A stretch of DNA of 64,000 nucleotides from Eledone cirrhosa. Taxonomy: Eukaryota. Of the stretch, positions 61,541 through 64,000 are shown one piece after another. Each line of letters opens with the position of its first letter. Position 1 is the stretch's first letter. Below the pieces are notes generated by a model. It was not told the DNA's origin, searched no databases, and was given only the letters and a program-made list of their open reading frames with translations. The translations under genes were made by a program, and so were the position numbers. The stretch covers positions 45,880,001 through 45,944,000 of the forward strand of contig OZ024749.1 in the NCBI GenBank assembly GCA_964016885.1, read 5' to 3'.

Positions 61541-61834
61541 TTGGTTTCTGATTTATACAAAAGGTCAAAAATTTGGGTGGGAGGGGAAAGTCGATTAAAT
61601 CGACGCCAGTGCATTAATGGTACATTATTTTACAGACGTGCATTAAAGTACCAGTAATGCACTGGGTTATTACTGGCCTTGTGCCTAAAGTAGAAACAAT
61701 TATTTTACAGACGTCGTAAGGATGAACAGCAAAGCTAACTTTGACAGGATTTGAACTCGGATCATAAAGATACGTAATCATATGCTATAAAGCATCGTGT
61801 ACGACGCTCTACCGACACTGCCAATATATTGCCC
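61541..61834 (-). mobile_element. Long-subfamily SINE interrupted by a 59-bp antisense young SINE 3' end (61640-61698)
   Basis: 16-bp TSD attattttacagacgt at 61624-61639 and 61699-61714. Confidence 0.88.
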
Positions 61835-62982
61835 TTGAATACGACCATAATATAAATGTGATAATATTTACTAATGTGTTGGACGATGATGATGATGATA
61901 TTGATGATAATGATGAATATGGACAGACGAACATATAATTACATAATGAAAGCACTAATAATAAAAAGTATTGACCTGCTCTTTGGGGAAGACCATCTCG
62001 GTGCAGACACCAACTCGTAGAACATTATGCCAAAATTATTTTAAAGCATGTATAAAAATATTCTTTATAACAGTAATAATTAATTACGTAATTTCCCTGT
62101 TTACTATTTCTTAGTCTTTCCATTAGTTTTGTCTTTTTATATTCTACTTATTTTTATTTAGTGAATCTGTCTCAGTTCCTTCGCTCATGATGCTATTTCT
62201 TTGCAGAGATCTACTATTGTTAGTGTTTCTCTATAATATAAACAGCATTTCCTGCTCCACTGTTTCGTAGTGTAACTGTTTTGATGCATTTAGTCGAAAC
62301 AATTGACTTAAAAGTTTACGTGTTACAGCTCCTGTTATGTACACACAATTAGAGAAAGGCAAAGACAACACTGATAGTATTTGAATTAAGAAGGGAGGAG
62401 GTTTAAGGGATATTTAAACCCTAATAAATGTAGGAAGAATTCCATTCAAGTTAAACGCGTATAATACAATATACACCCAGCATTCTATATTTACCAGCAA
62501 CATTTATTATTACAACTCATAACTTACGTAATCGCTCCGTGATAATAAGATTCTGATAATTAGGAATAAGCGGGTTTAAAGACGAAGCTAAACAACAGCA
62601 GCAACAACAAAACAACAAAAAAGTGACACGAGAACTATGTAAAGAAAAATTATTTGCTAATAATTTTAAAACAGTAGATTCATAAAGAACATAATTATCT
62701 TAATACAAAAATCCAGAAGAAGCGGAAACAAGGAACACGTTTGCTAATGTTCCTTGCTTATGTTTTAGTATTAACGTACAAAAGCTACGTTAAAAATACA
62801 TAAGTCTTGCTATTTTTTCTTAATTTTACTAAAAGCTATGTGCAGAGTAACATAAAAAAAAGTTATGTGAAATAGCATAAATTTCCTACAAATATTCATT
62901 TCATATATATATGTTTCTCTTACATATTTTCTTTGATTCTGTACGATTTATTTTTTTATGTTATACTGATTTTTTTTTTCAG

Positions 62983-63038
62983 TAGATTTGACACAAACAG
63001 CGAATATTTACGTAGTAAGAGAGAACAAATTACCGTAG
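62983..63038 (+). CDS. Candidate internal coding exon, 56 bp (RFDTNSEYLRSKREQITV), product unknown
   Basis: Branch-like tactgat, then a long T run and CAG acceptor (AG at 62981-82, tandem AG at 62984-85). The donor is AG|GTAAGA at 63039. One frame is open and contains an RSKR motif. Confidence 0.5.
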
Positions 63039-63747
63039 GTAAGATTGCCAGTTATCGGCGAATAACCTATGTCATTAGCATCAGCAGGTGGTCTGTCGAT
63101 GTCACGTGAAAGAAAAAAGACCGGGAAACAGCGGGATACCGTTGGGAAACGGAAGAAAATTTTCCTAATTACGGGCGGCCGTATAAAGCGATGCAAGGGA
63201 TTGGAGAACTGAAAGAGTGGGAAGGTGAGAAATATTAAAGAGAGAGAGATAAGGGGAGAAGAGGGAAAGAGAAACATGTACTAGGGGTAGGGAAAGAGAG
63301 ATTGATTCACATAAGCTCATGCACAAATATACACGCACACACATAACATGTCATATATATATATACACACATATGTACACACATACACACACACACACAC
63401 ATATAGAAGTAGGAATATAGATAGGAAAGTAGACAGATAGATTGTTATTTATATAGATATACATTGATAGATAGATTGATATATAAAGAGAGAGAGAGAG
63501 TGAGAGAGGAAGAGAGATAGATAGAGAGAGAGAGAGAGTGAGAGAGAGAGAGACAGACATACTTCTAGACAGAGGGATAGAGTGAGAGGAGCTAGTTGCT
63601 ATGATAGAAAGCTAGTTGCTATGATTTTAACTAATAATAAGAAAAGTATATAAGGTGATGGTGTTAGAAACGAGAAAACGGAATTATGCATATGTATGAA
63701 CATATCATGGAAGAGGCTAAGAAATTGACAGACAGAGAGATAGACAG

Positions 63748-63879
<132 letters not shown>

Positions 63880-63940
63880 TTTTATAAACAAATATTGACA
63901 TACCCTTAAGAGAATGCGACCATAACACTGATCTAAATTA

Positions 63941-64000
63941 TATGTTATCTGATGAAAGCGCAGCATAATTTGCTTTGGTGTCCTTGAAATATATATAATG
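63941..64000 (+). ncRNA. Type I hammerhead ribozyme, family A (cut by window end)
   Basis: tatgttat-CTGATGA (63949-55)-aagcgcagcataatttgctttggtgtcctt-GAAA (63986-89)-tatata-ta-atg. The 3' strand of stem I runs off the window. Confidence 0.65.

Overview
This is AT-rich, microsatellite-saturated eukaryotic non-coding DNA (intronic or intergenic). The (TA)n/(CA)n/(GA)n load and the SINE families suggest a coleoid cephalopod such as octopus; this is an inference and no database was searched. Nearly all entries in the supplied ORF track are translations of simple repeats. The window holds about 20 copies of a tRNA-derived SINE (a young short subfamily with target-site duplications and an older long one), two V-SINE-like copies, a non-autonomous Helitron, a possible decayed SGNH-esterase ORF and one good 56-bp exon candidate (62983-63038). 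The main result is about 12 minimal type I hammerhead ribozyme motifs in at least four unrelated sequence contexts, 8 with intact CUGANGA/GAAA/NUH cores. They sit in short elements next to (TA)n arrays, often as head-to-head inverted pairs (22772-23135, 58382-58907). Two further TA-embedded families share the same long-arm plus inverted short-arm layout. Together these point to a Penelope-like (pLTR/retrozyme-type) non-autonomous retroelement system that targets TA microsatellites.
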